Shown: positions 38,331 through 49,138 of the stretch, one piece after another
Numbering within the stretch: position 1 is the first letter of the stretch
How the letters are laid out: every line of letters starts with the position of its first letter
Assembly (NCBI GenBank): GCA_048538215.1
Contig: JBLYPV010000001.1
Location: 75,495 to 139,494, forward strand
DNA length: 64,000 nucleotides
Direction: 5' to 3'
DNA from: Patescibacteria group bacterium
Lineage (GTDB): Bacteria > Patescibacteriota > Minisyncoccia > Phycocordibacterales > GCA-2747955
Translations under genes and position numbers: made by a program
Notes under the pieces: model-generated
What the model was told of the DNA's origin: nothing
The model's input: only the letters and a program-made list of their open reading frames with translations
Databases searched by the model: none

Positions 38331-39218
38331 ATGTCCCTACGCCACTTAGCCAGACAGGTAGTCGTTCAGTCATTGTTTACATGGGATTTCTACAATCAGG
38401 ATGCTGATCGTGTGGATGAATTTTTGAATTGGAATTTGGATCGCTATCGAGATACTTTGGTGGACGCAGATTTTCCTCGTACTTCTTATGAGGGAGTAAT
38501 AAAAAAAGTAGATGTTATAGATCAGATTATCACCAAAGCCGCTCCACAGTGGCCTATTGATCGGATCGCTTCTGTAGATAGAAATATTCTTCGGTTGGGG
38601 ATATATGAGATGCTTTTTGCCAAATCAGGCGATGTGCCTCCTCGAGTGGCCATCAATGAAGCGATTGAGCTCGGGAAAACTTTTGGTGGAGTCAATACCT
38701 ATAAATTTATTTCAGGAGTGCTTGGCTCAGTATATGAAGCATCTGATTTGAAAAAAAGCGATACCTATATTCCTAAGGTCGAAGATCCAGACACTTTTCC
38801 CACCGTAGCAAAGGTAGGAGCTGTAGTATATGCCGAAGATGAGAAGGGGGCGCTTTTGGTTGCACTCGTGCATGACATTTTTGGCAAATGGACTCTTTCC
38901 AAGGGTGGCGCTCTCGAAGGAGAAAGTGAAGAAGAGACTTGCGCTCGATCGGTAAAAAAAGAAATTGGAATCGAGGTTGAGGTAGGCAAAAAAATTACAC
39001 GCACAGAATATATAGCGCGACACCCTAAGATGGGCAAAATTAAAAAGCAGGTCACCTACTATGTATGCAGGTCGGATTATCTTCCACTCGAGCTCGAACA
39101 AGAAAATGATGGGCTCAATGATGCTCGCTGGATTCATTTAGATGAGCTGGAAAATCTCGAAACCTATGATGATATAAAGCCAATTATTTATGAAGGAATT
39201 CGTATGGCTACCCAATAA
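38331..39218 (+). CDS. nusB: NusB fused to a C-terminal NUDIX-like domain
   Basis: DRNILRLG, VAINEAIELGK.FG; C-terminal WTLSKG...EIG. Confidence 0.9.
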   Translation: MSLRHLARQVVVQSLFTWDFYNQDADRVDEFLNWNLDRYRDTLVDADFPRTSYEGVIKKVDVIDQIITKAAPQWPIDRIASVDRNILRLGIYEMLFAKSGDVPPRVAINEAIELGKTFGGVNTYKFISGVLGSVYEASDLKKSDTYIPKVEDPDTFPTVAKVGAVVYAEDEKGALLVALVHDIFGKWTLSKGGALEGESEEETCARSVKKEIGIEVEVGKKITRTEYIARHPKMGKIKKQVTYYVCRSDYLPLELEQENDGLNDARWIHLDELENLETYDDIKPIIYEGIRMATQ

Positions 39219-39231
39219 CGAATAGTAATAT

Positions 39232-39930
39232 ATGGATACACTACCACTTACACAATTCCAAGAAGCAATCGGGATACAATTTAATGATAGTGATGTACTA
39301 GAGCGGGCATTTACCCACCGCTCTTATCTTAATGAGCAAATAGAAAATGAATCCCGCCACAATGAGCGATTAGAATTTTTAGGTGATGCGGTATTAGAGC
39401 TCGTTATTACAGATTTTTTGTACCAAAAATTTCCCCGTGAAAAAGAAGGGGTGCTCACCGCCTATCGTGCTGCTTTAGTGAATACAGATTCGCTTGCAAT
39501 GAGCGCGCGTGCTCTAGAAATGGATGAGTATTTGCGTATGTCGAAAGGAGAGCGAATGGATACACAAAAAGGCCGCCAACACATTCTCGCTAATACTTTT
39601 GAAGCATTTGTCGGGGCGCTATATGTTGATCAAGGTTATGGGCAGGCACGAGATTTTATTGCTAGCCAGCTCTTTCCTAAAATTGATACTATTATAAAAA
39701 ATAAGCTTTTTCGTGATCCAAAATCTTATTTTCAAGAACAAGCCCAAGACCGCCAACGCATTACCCCACATTACGCTCTTGTAGACGAAGAGGGGCCTGA
39801 CCACGACAAGGAATTTGTAATGGCAGCCTATCTCGAGAATGAAGAAATAGCTCGTGGCAAGGGGCCTAGTAAGCAAAAGGCAGAAACAAATGCTGCTCAA
39901 AATGCTTTAGAGGCCTTGGGTTGGGATTGA
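39232..39930 (+). CDS. rnc: Ribonuclease III
   Basis: NERLEFLGDAVL, dsRBD. Confidence 0.97.
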   Translation: MDTLPLTQFQEAIGIQFNDSDVLERAFTHRSYLNEQIENESRHNERLEFLGDAVLELVITDFLYQKFPREKEGVLTAYRAALVNTDSLAMSARALEMDEYLRMSKGERMDTQKGRQHILANTFEAFVGALYVDQGYGQARDFIASQLFPKIDTIIKNKLFRDPKSYFQEQAQDRQRITPHYALVDEEGPDHDKEFVMAAYLENEEIARGKGPSKQKAETNAAQNALEALGWD

Positions 39931-39987
39931 TAGAGATGATAGCGTATGACTAGCGTTTGGTAGTATTTTTGATACACTTGACTCATT

Positions 39988-40458
39988 ATGAATCAAGATA
40001 AAGTATTTATTACCAAAGAAAAATACGATGAGCTTAAAATAGAATTTGCAAATTTGACTACAAATTCTCGCACCGAAATTGCTGAGCGCCTTGATTCAGC
40101 TAAAGCCCTAGGGGATTTGAAAGAAAATGCCGAGTATCATCAAGCACGAGAGGATCAGGCCATCCTAGAAGAACGAATCAATCGTATTCAATCGATATTA
40201 AAAAATGCCGAAATTATTAAGACTACCGAGCATCAACAAGTAGAAATCGGGGCTCTAGTGACTATTGCTCGTAAAGGCTCAAGTGCCAAACAAAGCTATC
40301 AAATCGTCGGGCAAGAAGAATCAGACGCCCAAAATGGCAAGCTTTCACATCACTCGCCATTAGTTGTGGCAATGCTTGGTAAGAAAGAGGGAGATTTTTT
40401 TAATTTCACCACTCCTGGAGGAGAGCAGGTAACTTGGAAGGTAGTAGAAGTAAAATAG
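39988..40458 (+). CDS. greA: Transcription elongation factor GreA
   Basis: GDLKENAEY. Confidence 0.96.
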   Translation: MNQDKVFITKEKYDELKIEFANLTTNSRTEIAERLDSAKALGDLKENAEYHQAREDQAILEERINRIQSILKNAEIIKTTEHQQVEIGALVTIARKGSSAKQSYQIVGQEESDAQNGKLSHHSPLVVAMLGKKEGDFFNFTTPGGEQVTWKVVEVK

Positions 40459-40459
40459 T

Positions 40460-41182
40460 ATGCACCCTGATCCAATTTCATCCACTAAAGCGCAGGAAAT
40501 TATTTTTAAAAATAAAGTGTATGAGCGTATTCTTATACGGACTCCACGAATAGATGCTGGTAGTGATCTTGGCCATATTATTATTGAAAGCTACAAGGGC
40601 GAGTGGTATGACGGAGACATACTTTGTATTGCTGAATCGGTAGTAGCAATTAGCCAGCATCGTGCTTATAAAATTAGTGATATTACTCCTGGATTTACTG
40701 CTCGTTTATTAGCTCGCTTTGTACAAAAGACTCCACAAGGCATTGGCTTGGGAATGAGTGAGACTATGCAATTAGCCTTAGAAGAAATCGGCTATCTTCG
40801 ATTATATAGCGCAGCTATTATCGGGGGCATTACCAAGCTTTTAGGAAGACGAGGAGATTTTTATCGAATTGCAGGTGAAAAAGCTCGAGGCATAGATGGA
40901 CCTACCTCTAATACTCTCCCACCATACAATGAATATGCCACCCTTTTACCCAAAGATCCTCAGAAAGTAGTGGATACTTTAGAAGCATACCTTACTGAAA
41001 AAACGACAAAGCGGATTGAGATTATTATTGTAGATGCCAATGATATTGGGGTAAACATAATTGGAGCTCGTAGCAAAGAGCAAGAAGCACTGGGAAAGGC
41101 TCTGTGTGCCGACAATCCAATGGGGCAAGGGCATGAGCAGACTCCCATTTTACTTGCGCGAGTACAAGACAAGAATACCTAG
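40460..41182 (+). CDS. Coenzyme F420-0:gamma-glutamyl ligase-like (CofE family) protein
   Basis: DILCIAESVVAISQ, GIDG, IVDAND, DNPMGQGHEQTP. Confidence 0.75.
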   Translation: MHPDPISSTKAQEIIFKNKVYERILIRTPRIDAGSDLGHIIIESYKGEWYDGDILCIAESVVAISQHRAYKISDITPGFTARLLARFVQKTPQGIGLGMSETMQLALEEIGYLRLYSAAIIGGITKLLGRRGDFYRIAGEKARGIDGPTSNTLPPYNEYATLLPKDPQKVVDTLEAYLTEKTTKRIEIIIVDANDIGVNIIGARSKEQEALGKALCADNPMGQGHEQTPILLARVQDKNT

Positions 41183-41269
41183 GATATCAATAGCTTTTTC
41201 TTATCACCCCCCATTTATACACAAGCCCCCACTTATCAAACACCCAATAATTAGCTACTATAAAGCTAT

Positions 41270-41719
41270 ATGAAACACATACTCAAAAACACCACACTCG
41301 TCTTGGGAGGTATTGCCCTTGCTATAGGCAGTATGGTATTCGCTGCTACCTGGCAAGGCACTGATACTATTCAAAATGGACAAATCATAGAAGCAGATGT
41401 TATTAAAGATAATTTTGATTATTTGTATGAGCTAGTAGGGGAAGTGAAAGCTAGTTGTAGTGGAGGAGGAAGTATTATCCTAGGAAAGAACCCTATTACG
41501 GGTGAAAATATCACTCAATCACTACCAGCTAATGGAGGAGAGCATCTACAAGTAGCAGGAGCAGATGGAACAGTATACCAGTGTCTTGATGGTAGCTGGA
41601 ACGCTATCAATATGGGCTCAGGAGCAACATCTAATAATCCATGTCCTCCTGGACAGCAATTGGTGAATTCTGGTGGTGGGATGATGGTATGTAATCCAGG
41701 CGCTGGAGGCCCACAATAA
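41270..41719 (+). CDS. Secreted hypothetical protein, Gly/Cys-rich C-terminus
   Basis: Signal peptide (VFA), 149-aa ORF. Confidence 0.65.
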   Translation: MKHILKNTTLVLGGIALAIGSMVFAATWQGTDTIQNGQIIEADVIKDNFDYLYELVGEVKASCSGGGSIILGKNPITGENITQSLPANGGEHLQVAGADGTVYQCLDGSWNAINMGSGATSNNPCPPGQQLVNSGGGMMVCNPGAGGPQ

Positions 41720-41866
41720 AAAGGGCAAGCCAAGCCCACAGAGACTCGCAACAAAAGCAAAACAAGCGCTTTGTTTTTGTTTTATTCTAAGAATGTGAGG
41801 ATGTTTGCTTACCCCCATAATCTTTCAAGCTTTTATTCTACTCCTAGTCTGGGTATAATAGGTGGT

Positions 41867-43351
41867 ATGTCACGAGAGCAAGAAATTCGAAGTAATCGAA
41901 TAGAAAAGAAAAAAAGAATTGAAGAGGCGGGGATGGAGGCATACGCTACCAGTACAAAACAGGGTATTACTTTAGGTGAATTAAAAAAAACTTTTGCTAC
42001 TTTATATAAAAAAAATAAAGATACTAAATATCGCATAGTAGGGCGAATAATGTCTCAAAGGGGAAGTGGTAAGATTTCTTTTGTGTCGCTCTTTGATGGC
42101 ACTGATTCTTTTCAAGTTGTTTTTCGTGTTGATGACTTGGGTAAAGAAAAGATGCAATTTTTTACTAAAAATTTTGATATTGGTGATTTCGTGGAAGTAC
42201 ACGGATATTTAGGTAAGACAAAATCAAAAGCACAATCGCTTTTTGTCACTAAGTACTCAATGCTTACTAAAGCCTTACTCCCATTGCCAGATGCTCACTA
42301 TGGATTGGTAGACGAAGAGCTCAAATACCGCAAGCGCTACCTTGATGCGCTACTTGATCAGGAAGTACGAAAAAGATTTGTCTTGAGAGCTCAAGTCATT
42401 AAAACTATTCGTGAATTTTTGAATGACAAAGGCCTACTTGAGGTAGAAACCCCCATTCTACAATCACAAGCAGGAGGAGCGATGGCAGAAGTATTTGATA
42501 CTCATCATAAAGATTTTGATCAAAATATGCATTTGCGTATTGCGCTTGAGCTCGATCACAAAATGATGATGATTGCTGGATATCCGGGTGTTTATGAGAT
42601 TGGTAAGTGTTTTCGTAATGAAGGATCTGATCCTACCCATCATCAAGAATTTACTATGCTCGAGTGGTACGCTGCATATCAAGACCTCAAGACTAATATG
42701 CGCTGGATGCAGGAGCTTATCAAAAAGCTTGCCAAGCTTACCGGGGAAAAAGAGTTTATTGTTTATGATAATCAAGGCCTCGGCACCAGTATTTCTTTTG
42801 GTGGAAAGTGGCCGGTAGTCTCATTTAGGGATTTGGTAAAAAAATATGCAAAATTAGATATTCATAAAGCCGATAGAAAGACAATTGAATCTAAGGCACT
42901 AGAATATGGAATGACTAAGAAAGAAATTAAAATCAAGGGAGATGCTAATCTGCTTGATTTTATATATAAAAAATCTGCACGAAGTAAAATAATCAACCCT
43001 ACTTTTGTCGTGGGCTATCCAAGTGATTTAATTCCACTTGCACAAAAGAATGATGATGGCACCGCAGATATGTATCAGCTCGTTGTAGGAGGAGCGGAAG
43101 TCGTCAAATCCTTTAACGAGCTCGTAGATCCACTGCTCCAGAGAGAGCTTTTAGAGCGACAATCACATTTTAAGACACAGGGGGATCATGAAGCGATGGA
43201 GATAGATGAGCGTTTTCTTGAGGCAATGGAATATGGCATGCCTCCGATGACCGGCTGTGGTATGGGAATCGATCGTTTGATGGCAATTCTTTGTAGTCGA
43301 AAAAATCTTAAAGACGTCATATTCTTCCCATTGATGAAAGATGCTAAATAG
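41867..43351 (+). CDS. lysS: Lysine-tRNA ligase (class II)
   Basis: YRKRYLD, EVETP, FRNEG, YGMPPMTGCGMGIDRL; start ATG 41867 after TATAAT. Confidence 0.95.
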   Translation: MSREQEIRSNRIEKKKRIEEAGMEAYATSTKQGITLGELKKTFATLYKKNKDTKYRIVGRIMSQRGSGKISFVSLFDGTDSFQVVFRVDDLGKEKMQFFTKNFDIGDFVEVHGYLGKTKSKAQSLFVTKYSMLTKALLPLPDAHYGLVDEELKYRKRYLDALLDQEVRKRFVLRAQVIKTIREFLNDKGLLEVETPILQSQAGGAMAEVFDTHHKDFDQNMHLRIALELDHKMMMIAGYPGVYEIGKCFRNEGSDPTHHQEFTMLEWYAAYQDLKTNMRWMQELIKKLAKLTGEKEFIVYDNQGLGTSISFGGKWPVVSFRDLVKKYAKLDIHKADRKTIESKALEYGMTKKEIKIKGDANLLDFIYKKSARSKIINPTFVVGYPSDLIPLAQKNDDGTADMYQLVVGGAEVVKSFNELVDPLLQRELLERQSHFKTQGDHEAMEIDERFLEAMEYGMPPMTGCGMGIDRLMAILCSRKNLKDVIFFPLMKDAK

Positions 43352-43679
43352 TAGCTATATGAATAGTAAGATTGTACTTATTTTTATTGCTATTTTAATA
43401 ATTGGAATATCTTCATTTTTTATATTTAGTGAGCCCACCAATCCTACTCGTGCAAATATTATATCTGCAATTGAGGAGGCAAATTACTGCACATTTGATA
43501 CAGATTGTGTCGTGCTTGAGAGCAAATGCCCCTTTGATTGCTATGTCTATGTGCATAGCAATGAAGCAGAAAGAATTTCGAAGCTTATTGAATCATTTGA
43601 GTCGAGGTGCGCCTATGGATGTGTAGCTCCTCCTGAGGTGGTCTGTATAGATAGCCGTTGCACGGGTATTTTTGAATAA
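43341..43679 (+). CDS. Small exported Cys-rich protein
   Basis: N-terminal TM; 8 Cys. Confidence 0.65.
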   Translation: MLNSSYMNSKIVLIFIAILIIGISSFFIFSEPTNPTRANIISAIEEANYCTFDTDCVVLESKCPFDCYVYVHSNEAERISKLIESFESRCAYGCVAPPEVVCIDSRCTGIFE

Positions 43680-43756
43680 TACAGAAGTGCTACAAGTGGC
43701 TATTCTACTAAAGCTTCCACAGGGGCTTTTTTCTTTAGTCGTTTATAATACATAGG

Positions 43757-46432
43757 ATGCATCGATCAAACATTTTTTCTCAGATACATACTCGGAGCGT
43801 CGCGGATGCTCTTCTTATTGCACAAACGAGTAAAGAGCGTGGGCTTTCTCAATCCCAATACAGCAAACGTTTAGCACTGTATGGAGAAAATAGGATAAGC
43901 GACGCGCCTTCATCATCACTCCTTTTATCAATACTCAAAGAGCTACAAAATCCACTTGCTATCATTCTCCTTGTTGCAGCGCTATTTACTATTATTCTTG
44001 GAGAGTATATTGATACAATAGTAATTCTTATTGCCACGGTAATTAATGTGGTAATCTCTCTATATCAAGAGCGCCAAGCACACGATGCCTTTCGAGCGCT
44101 TTCGCGCTTGCGAGCACATAGCGCGGTAGTCATGCGGGCAGGAGTCAAGGAGCTCGTCCCTGCAGAAGGGCTTGTTCTTGGGGATGTTGTATTACTGAAG
44201 GCAGGAGATTATATCCCAGCAGATGGAAGGATTATCCAAGCTACTCGCCTGCAAGTCAATCAGGTGGTATTTACTGGAGAGAGTAGGGCGGTCGATAAGA
44301 GCACACGAACAAGTGATGAGGATCATCCTTTTGATAGAAAGAATATGCTTTTTATGGGCTGTACCGTGGTGAGCGGGGAAGGAAGTATGATAGTAACAGC
44401 CACGGGTGATTGGAGCCGATTTGGCACGATTGCCAAGCGAGTACAGGATATCAAAAAAGATCTCTCTCCTGTACAGCGTATGACGCAGACAATTGCTACT
44501 TGGATAGGGGTATCCACAGTAGGTGCTGTCATTATATTGCTTGGAGTAGGGGTATTGCAGGGGCAAGAGATATATACGACCTTACTCTTAGCAGTAGCGG
44601 TAGGGGTCTCGGCTGTCCCTGAGGGTTTACTTTCAGCAGTCACTGTAGTTCTTGCTTTTGGTGCTCGTAATATAATGAAGCAAGGTGCGTTGGTAAAAAA
44701 TCTTTCATCAGCAGAAACGCTTGGCTCAGCAAGCTACATTCTTACAGATAAAACAGGGACACTCACCTACGGCAAGCTCAAGGTAGAGAAGTGGTATAGC
44801 GATGGTGTATCCGATGAAGTATTCAAGCAGTACGCAGTACTAGCGACTGATGTATTTTATGATATCCCACACAAGCGTTTTGTAGGTGACGAGATGGACA
44901 CAGCTATTGTGCAAGCCGTATTTCCACAAGGTGATAATTATCAAGAATTTATAGATAGTCATATCAAGCTAGATACTATTCCTTTTGATTCGAGCTATAA
45001 ATTCTTTGCTTCCTTAAGTGCAAATGAAGAGAATGAGGTAGAGCTTTATATCAAAGGTGCTCCTGAAATACTTTTGGCTCACTCGGCGTATATAGCAAGC
45101 GATGATGATGGTGGCTATCGCAAGCTCAGTGATACAAAGAAAAAGGAAATTGAGAAATTATTACATAGGGAATCATCTCGGGGGAGAAGATTAGTGGCGG
45201 TAGTAAAGCGCTCAGCATATTCCAAGAAAAATCTTGATGATTTATGGGAAGATGATGAGGCACATCTCCCTTCAGGGCTTGTTTGGTGTGGTGTCGTTTC
45301 TTTTTATGACCGTATTCGTCGAGATGTGCCCGAGGTAATAGCCGAGATGAGAAAGGATGATGGGATAGAAATAGTGATGCTTACTGGTGATAATCCAGAA
45401 ACGGCCCAGCGTGTTGCATTTGAATCAGGAGTGGTAAGTGACAGAAATACTAAAGTATATACAGGTCAGGATATAGATAAGATGGAAGATGAAGAGCTAG
45501 CGGGATTGATTTTAATAAATGGAGCTCGAATATTTGCACGAGTAGTACCCACGCACAAGCTACGACTAGCACGGATTTTACACGAAGCCGGAGAGGTAGT
45601 GGCAATGACGGGGGATGGGGTAAATGACGCCCTAGCCCTCTCTCAGGCTACGATTGGCATATCACTCTCGTCGTCTACAGAGGTAGCTAAAGAGGCTGCT
45701 GATCTTGTACTTATTGATGATGCCTTTGGTGCGATTGTTGCGGCGATTCGTGAAGGAAGACGAATGATGACGAATATTAAGAAGACTATAATCTACCTGC
45801 TTTCTACCTCATTTTCGGAAGTAATCGTTTTGCTGGCTTCCTTCATAATGTCAGGACCGCTTCCTTTTTATCCCACACAAATTTTATGGGCAAATATTAT
45901 TGAAGAGGGATTGATGAATTTTGCCTTTATTTTTGAGCCACGGGAGCGTAATCCACATCCCGATGAAGGTAATCGTAGGCAGATGGTGGGAAAGCATACG
46001 CGGAGGATGGTTGTCTCTGTGGGGCTGCTCAACGGAGCTATCCTTATCGCACTTTATCTCATTCTACTCACCTTTGATATTAGTGATGATACGCTCCGCA
46101 CATATATGTTTGCCGCGCTCTCTATTGATAGTATTTTCTTTGCCTTAGCTCTGAAATCACTTTATAACCCAATTTGGCGATTGCGATTATTCTCTAATAT
46201 GTACTTAATTGGCTCATCGATTATTTCTTTTGCTCTCCTTGTTATAGCTATGACGATTCCATTTTTACAAAAAGCCCTTCATCTCGAACCGATAGGGATT
46301 AAAGGATTTAGTATATTGCTCTTATTTGGAGCTATGAATTTACTTGCAATTGAGCTTGTTAAGGCATGGCACAGACCAAGAGAGCGAGATACTTCTATAG
46401 TAAGTAAAAGGCAAGTGGGGCAAGGAGCCTAG
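43757..46432 (+). CDS. Cation-transporting P2-type ATPase
   Basis: TGES, VPEGL, DKTGT, KGAPE, TGDN, GDGVND. Confidence 0.93.
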   Translation: MHRSNIFSQIHTRSVADALLIAQTSKERGLSQSQYSKRLALYGENRISDAPSSSLLLSILKELQNPLAIILLVAALFTIILGEYIDTIVILIATVINVVISLYQERQAHDAFRALSRLRAHSAVVMRAGVKELVPAEGLVLGDVVLLKAGDYIPADGRIIQATRLQVNQVVFTGESRAVDKSTRTSDEDHPFDRKNMLFMGCTVVSGEGSMIVTATGDWSRFGTIAKRVQDIKKDLSPVQRMTQTIATWIGVSTVGAVIILLGVGVLQGQEIYTTLLLAVAVGVSAVPEGLLSAVTVVLAFGARNIMKQGALVKNLSSAETLGSASYILTDKTGTLTYGKLKVEKWYSDGVSDEVFKQYAVLATDVFYDIPHKRFVGDEMDTAIVQAVFPQGDNYQEFIDSHIKLDTIPFDSSYKFFASLSANEENEVELYIKGAPEILLAHSAYIASDDDGGYRKLSDTKKKEIEKLLHRESSRGRRLVAVVKRSAYSKKNLDDLWEDDEAHLPSGLVWCGVVSFYDRIRRDVPEVIAEMRKDDGIEIVMLTGDNPETAQRVAFESGVVSDRNTKVYTGQDIDKMEDEELAGLILINGARIFARVVPTHKLRLARILHEAGEVVAMTGDGVNDALALSQATIGISLSSSTEVAKEAADLVLIDDAFGAIVAAIREGRRMMTNIKKTIIYLLSTSFSEVIVLLASFIMSGPLPFYPTQILWANIIEEGLMNFAFIFEPRERNPHPDEGNRRQMVGKHTRRMVVSVGLLNGAILIALYLILLTFDISDDTLRTYMFAALSIDSIFFALALKSLYNPIWRLRLFSNMYLIGSSIISFALLVIAMTIPFLQKALHLEPIGIKGFSILLLFGAMNLLAIELVKAWHRPRERDTSIVSKRQVGQGA

Positions 46433-46486
46433 CAGAGTGCACACTCTTGCATTTTCAGTGCTTTGTAGTAAGATATCCGCCATATT

Positions 46487-47014
46487 ATGTTAAGCATTCG
46501 ATTACAACGAGTAGGGCGCAGACACGATCCATCTTTTCGTATTGTGGCAACAGATTCACGAAGTGGCCCCAAGACAAACAAGCATTGTGCTATTTTAGGC
46601 AATTACGATACCATTCGTAAAACAACCAATATCAATGATATAGATAAGGTAAAAAAATATATCTCTTGTGGAGCACAGCTCACTGATACGGTATATAATA
46701 TTTTTGTAGATCAAGGAATTATTGAAGGCAAGAAAAAGAATGCTTTACCTAGAAAATCTCCTATTATTGATGAAGAAGCTCTAGCTCGTGAAGCAGAAGC
46801 AAAGGCGGCCGCCGAGGCAGTCGAAAAAGAAGCCGAGCACACAGAAGCTACCGAAGAATTAAGTGAGGCGGACAGAGCTCAGGAAGCTCAAGCCGAGACA
46901 GAAGCAGATGAAGTGGTAGAGGAATCTGCTCAAGAAGAAGAAAAAGAAGAGGAAGCCCAAGTTGCTTCAGAAGAAGAAGCAGAGGCAAAGGAAGAAGATA
47001 AAAAAGAAGAATAA
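46487..47014 (+). CDS. rpsP: 30S ribosomal protein S16 with acidic tail
   Basis: IRLQRVGRR..P.FRIV..DSR. Confidence 0.93.
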   Translation: MLSIRLQRVGRRHDPSFRIVATDSRSGPKTNKHCAILGNYDTIRKTTNINDIDKVKKYISCGAQLTDTVYNIFVDQGIIEGKKKNALPRKSPIIDEEALAREAEAKAAAEAVEKEAEHTEATEELSEADRAQEAQAETEADEVVEESAQEEEKEEEAQVASEEEAEAKEEDKKEE

Positions 47015-47161
47015 ATAAAAAACGAGCCGAGGCTCGTTTTTTATTTGTAATATAGGCAATATCTGTTACTATATGCGACATTATTGTATCTCGTATGCTT
47101 ATCGTTATTATGCATATGAGATAAAGTAATAATTAATAAGTAACAATTGTCTAATAACAAT

Positions 47162-47836
47162 ATGTCATCCAAAGACACTACACAGGCAATGATTGAGGCA
47201 GGAGTACACTTTGGGTATTCAAAACGATCTGCTCATCCGTCAATGTCGCCCTTCGTATATGGGTTGAAAGACGGTGTATCAATCTTTGACTTGGAGAAAA
47301 CCCAAGAACAACTAGAAAAAGCCAAGGCATATCTTGCCGAGGTGAGCCAAAGCGGAAAAGTAATTTTCTGTGGCTCAAAGAATGAGGCTCGTAGCATTAT
47401 CAAAAAAAATGCAGAAGCTACTCATATGCCCTTTGTGACCACTCGCTGGGTGGGGGGTACACTTACCAATTGGAGCGAGATTTCTAAGCGTGTATCAAAG
47501 CTTGTACGAATGCGTGACGAGCGTGAGCGAGGCGAATTTGAAAAATATACCAAAAAAGAGCGTTTAGAATTTGATCGTGACATTGCTAAGCTTGAGAGAA
47601 ATTATGGAGGATTAGTAGGAATGAAGGAGCTCCCTAAAGCACTCATTGTTATAGATCCAAAAGCTGAAGAGGTGGCAGTAAAGGAAGCTCAGGATAAAAA
47701 TATTCCTATCATCGCCATTGCATCATCAGATTGTGATGTTACAGGTATTCAGTATGTTATTCCAGCAAATGATAATGCCCGTGCATCACTAAATATATTG
47801 ATGGGAGAATTAGCAAAAGCTATTACCAACGATTAA
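47162..47836 (+). CDS. rpsB: 30S ribosomal protein S2
   Basis: EAGVHFG, RWVGGTLTN, IPANDN. Confidence 0.96.
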   Translation: MSSKDTTQAMIEAGVHFGYSKRSAHPSMSPFVYGLKDGVSIFDLEKTQEQLEKAKAYLAEVSQSGKVIFCGSKNEARSIIKKNAEATHMPFVTTRWVGGTLTNWSEISKRVSKLVRMRDERERGEFEKYTKKERLEFDRDIAKLERNYGGLVGMKELPKALIVIDPKAEEVAVKEAQDKNIPIIAIASSDCDVTGIQYVIPANDNARASLNILMGELAKAITND

Positions 47837-47848
47837 GTATTACAGAGT

Positions 47849-48604
47849 ATGAGTGAAATATCACTAGAACAAGTAAAAGAATTACGAAATAAAACAGGAG
47901 TGTCTATTATGCAATGCAAGAAAGCACTCGAAGAATCAGAGGGAGATATGGAGCGTGCTTTGATTCATTTAACCAAAAAATCAGGCGAAATAGCTGCAAA
48001 AAAGGGAGATCGCGAACTACACGCGGGTACCATTGCCTCACATAATGGGGTAATGGTAGAGCTTGCTTGTGAGACAGATTTTGTATCTAACAATGAGGAA
48101 TTTCGTGCCTATGCCACAAAAATAGCAGAGCTTATTTCTCAAGAGGCAGATAAGGATGCACTCAAGGTGCTCACTGATGAAGCTACACAAAAATTTGGAG
48201 AGCGGGTGGAAATTACACGCTATCAATCACATAGTGATCAAGCAGGGGTATATGTCCATTCAAATTATTCTGTAGGAGCAATTGTAGAGTTTCAAGGTAA
48301 TGCTGGAGAATTAGCACGTAATATTGCTATGCATATTGCGGCTCAAAATCCTAGATATCTTACACGAGAGGATATTCCTGCAGAGGAGATGGACAAGGCG
48401 CGTGCAGTACTTATGGAGGAAGTGGCCGACAAGCCAGCAGATATGCAAGAAAAAATATTAGAGGGAAAGATTAATGCTTATTTTAAAGAGCGCGTCTTAC
48501 TCGAACAGAGCTACATTATGGACCCATCACAAACAGTCGCCCAGATATTGCCTGATGGAGTATCTATCACAAGCTATACTCGATTTGGAGTTGGTGAAGC
48601 ATAG
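47849..48604 (+). CDS. tsf: Elongation factor Ts
   Basis: VKELRNKTG..MQCKKAL, CETDFV. Confidence 0.96.
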   Translation: MSEISLEQVKELRNKTGVSIMQCKKALEESEGDMERALIHLTKKSGEIAAKKGDRELHAGTIASHNGVMVELACETDFVSNNEEFRAYATKIAELISQEADKDALKVLTDEATQKFGERVEITRYQSHSDQAGVYVHSNYSVGAIVEFQGNAGELARNIAMHIAAQNPRYLTREDIPAEEMDKARAVLMEEVADKPADMQEKILEGKINAYFKERVLLEQSYIMDPSQTVAQILPDGVSITSYTRFGVGEA

Positions 48605-48709
48605 AAAATATTTTAGGAAGATTGAAATCAAAATGCGTCCTTTGGGCGTATTTTGTATTGGGGAAAACAAAGCAATTGGTGGGAAGAAGAGGCAGGGTAT
48701 AATAGGGCA

Positions 48710-49138
48710 ATGAATGATGCACACTACCTCAAGCTTGAAAAGCTTTTTGAGCTCACTACAGACGTTGCTAATACTAGAGATGAAAAAGATTATAAAAAGA
48801 AGCTCAAGGGAGTGCCGTCCAACACATTTGGTGATCAGCTTTGGTGTATTCTTGGCGCACGAGAATCTTACCTACGCGTACTGCAAACGGGAAATAGCTT
48901 TGTATTTAGCTGTAGTATTGACAACCGCGCCAATAAATTACAGATGATGAAATCTCTCTTTGAGTCGAGTAGAGCTATCCTTGATTGGCTCGAACAAAAT
49001 AATTTAGATAGCGCCACACTACCAATTATTCTTAATATTCTCGAACATGAAGCTCAGCATCACGGCCAGCTTATTCGCTATTTTTATGGTAATAGATGGA
49101 TTTTTCCTCAGTCTTGGAAAGATTATTACAGAGTGTAA
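48710..49138 (+). CDS. DinB/YfiT superfamily protein
   Basis: QLWCILGARESY, EHEAQHHGQLIRY. Confidence 0.7.
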   Translation: MNDAHYLKLEKLFELTTDVANTRDEKDYKKKLKGVPSNTFGDQLWCILGARESYLRVLQTGNSFVFSCSIDNRANKLQMMKSLFESSRAILDWLEQNNLDSATLPIILNILEHEAQHHGQLIRYFYGNRWIFPQSWKDYYRV

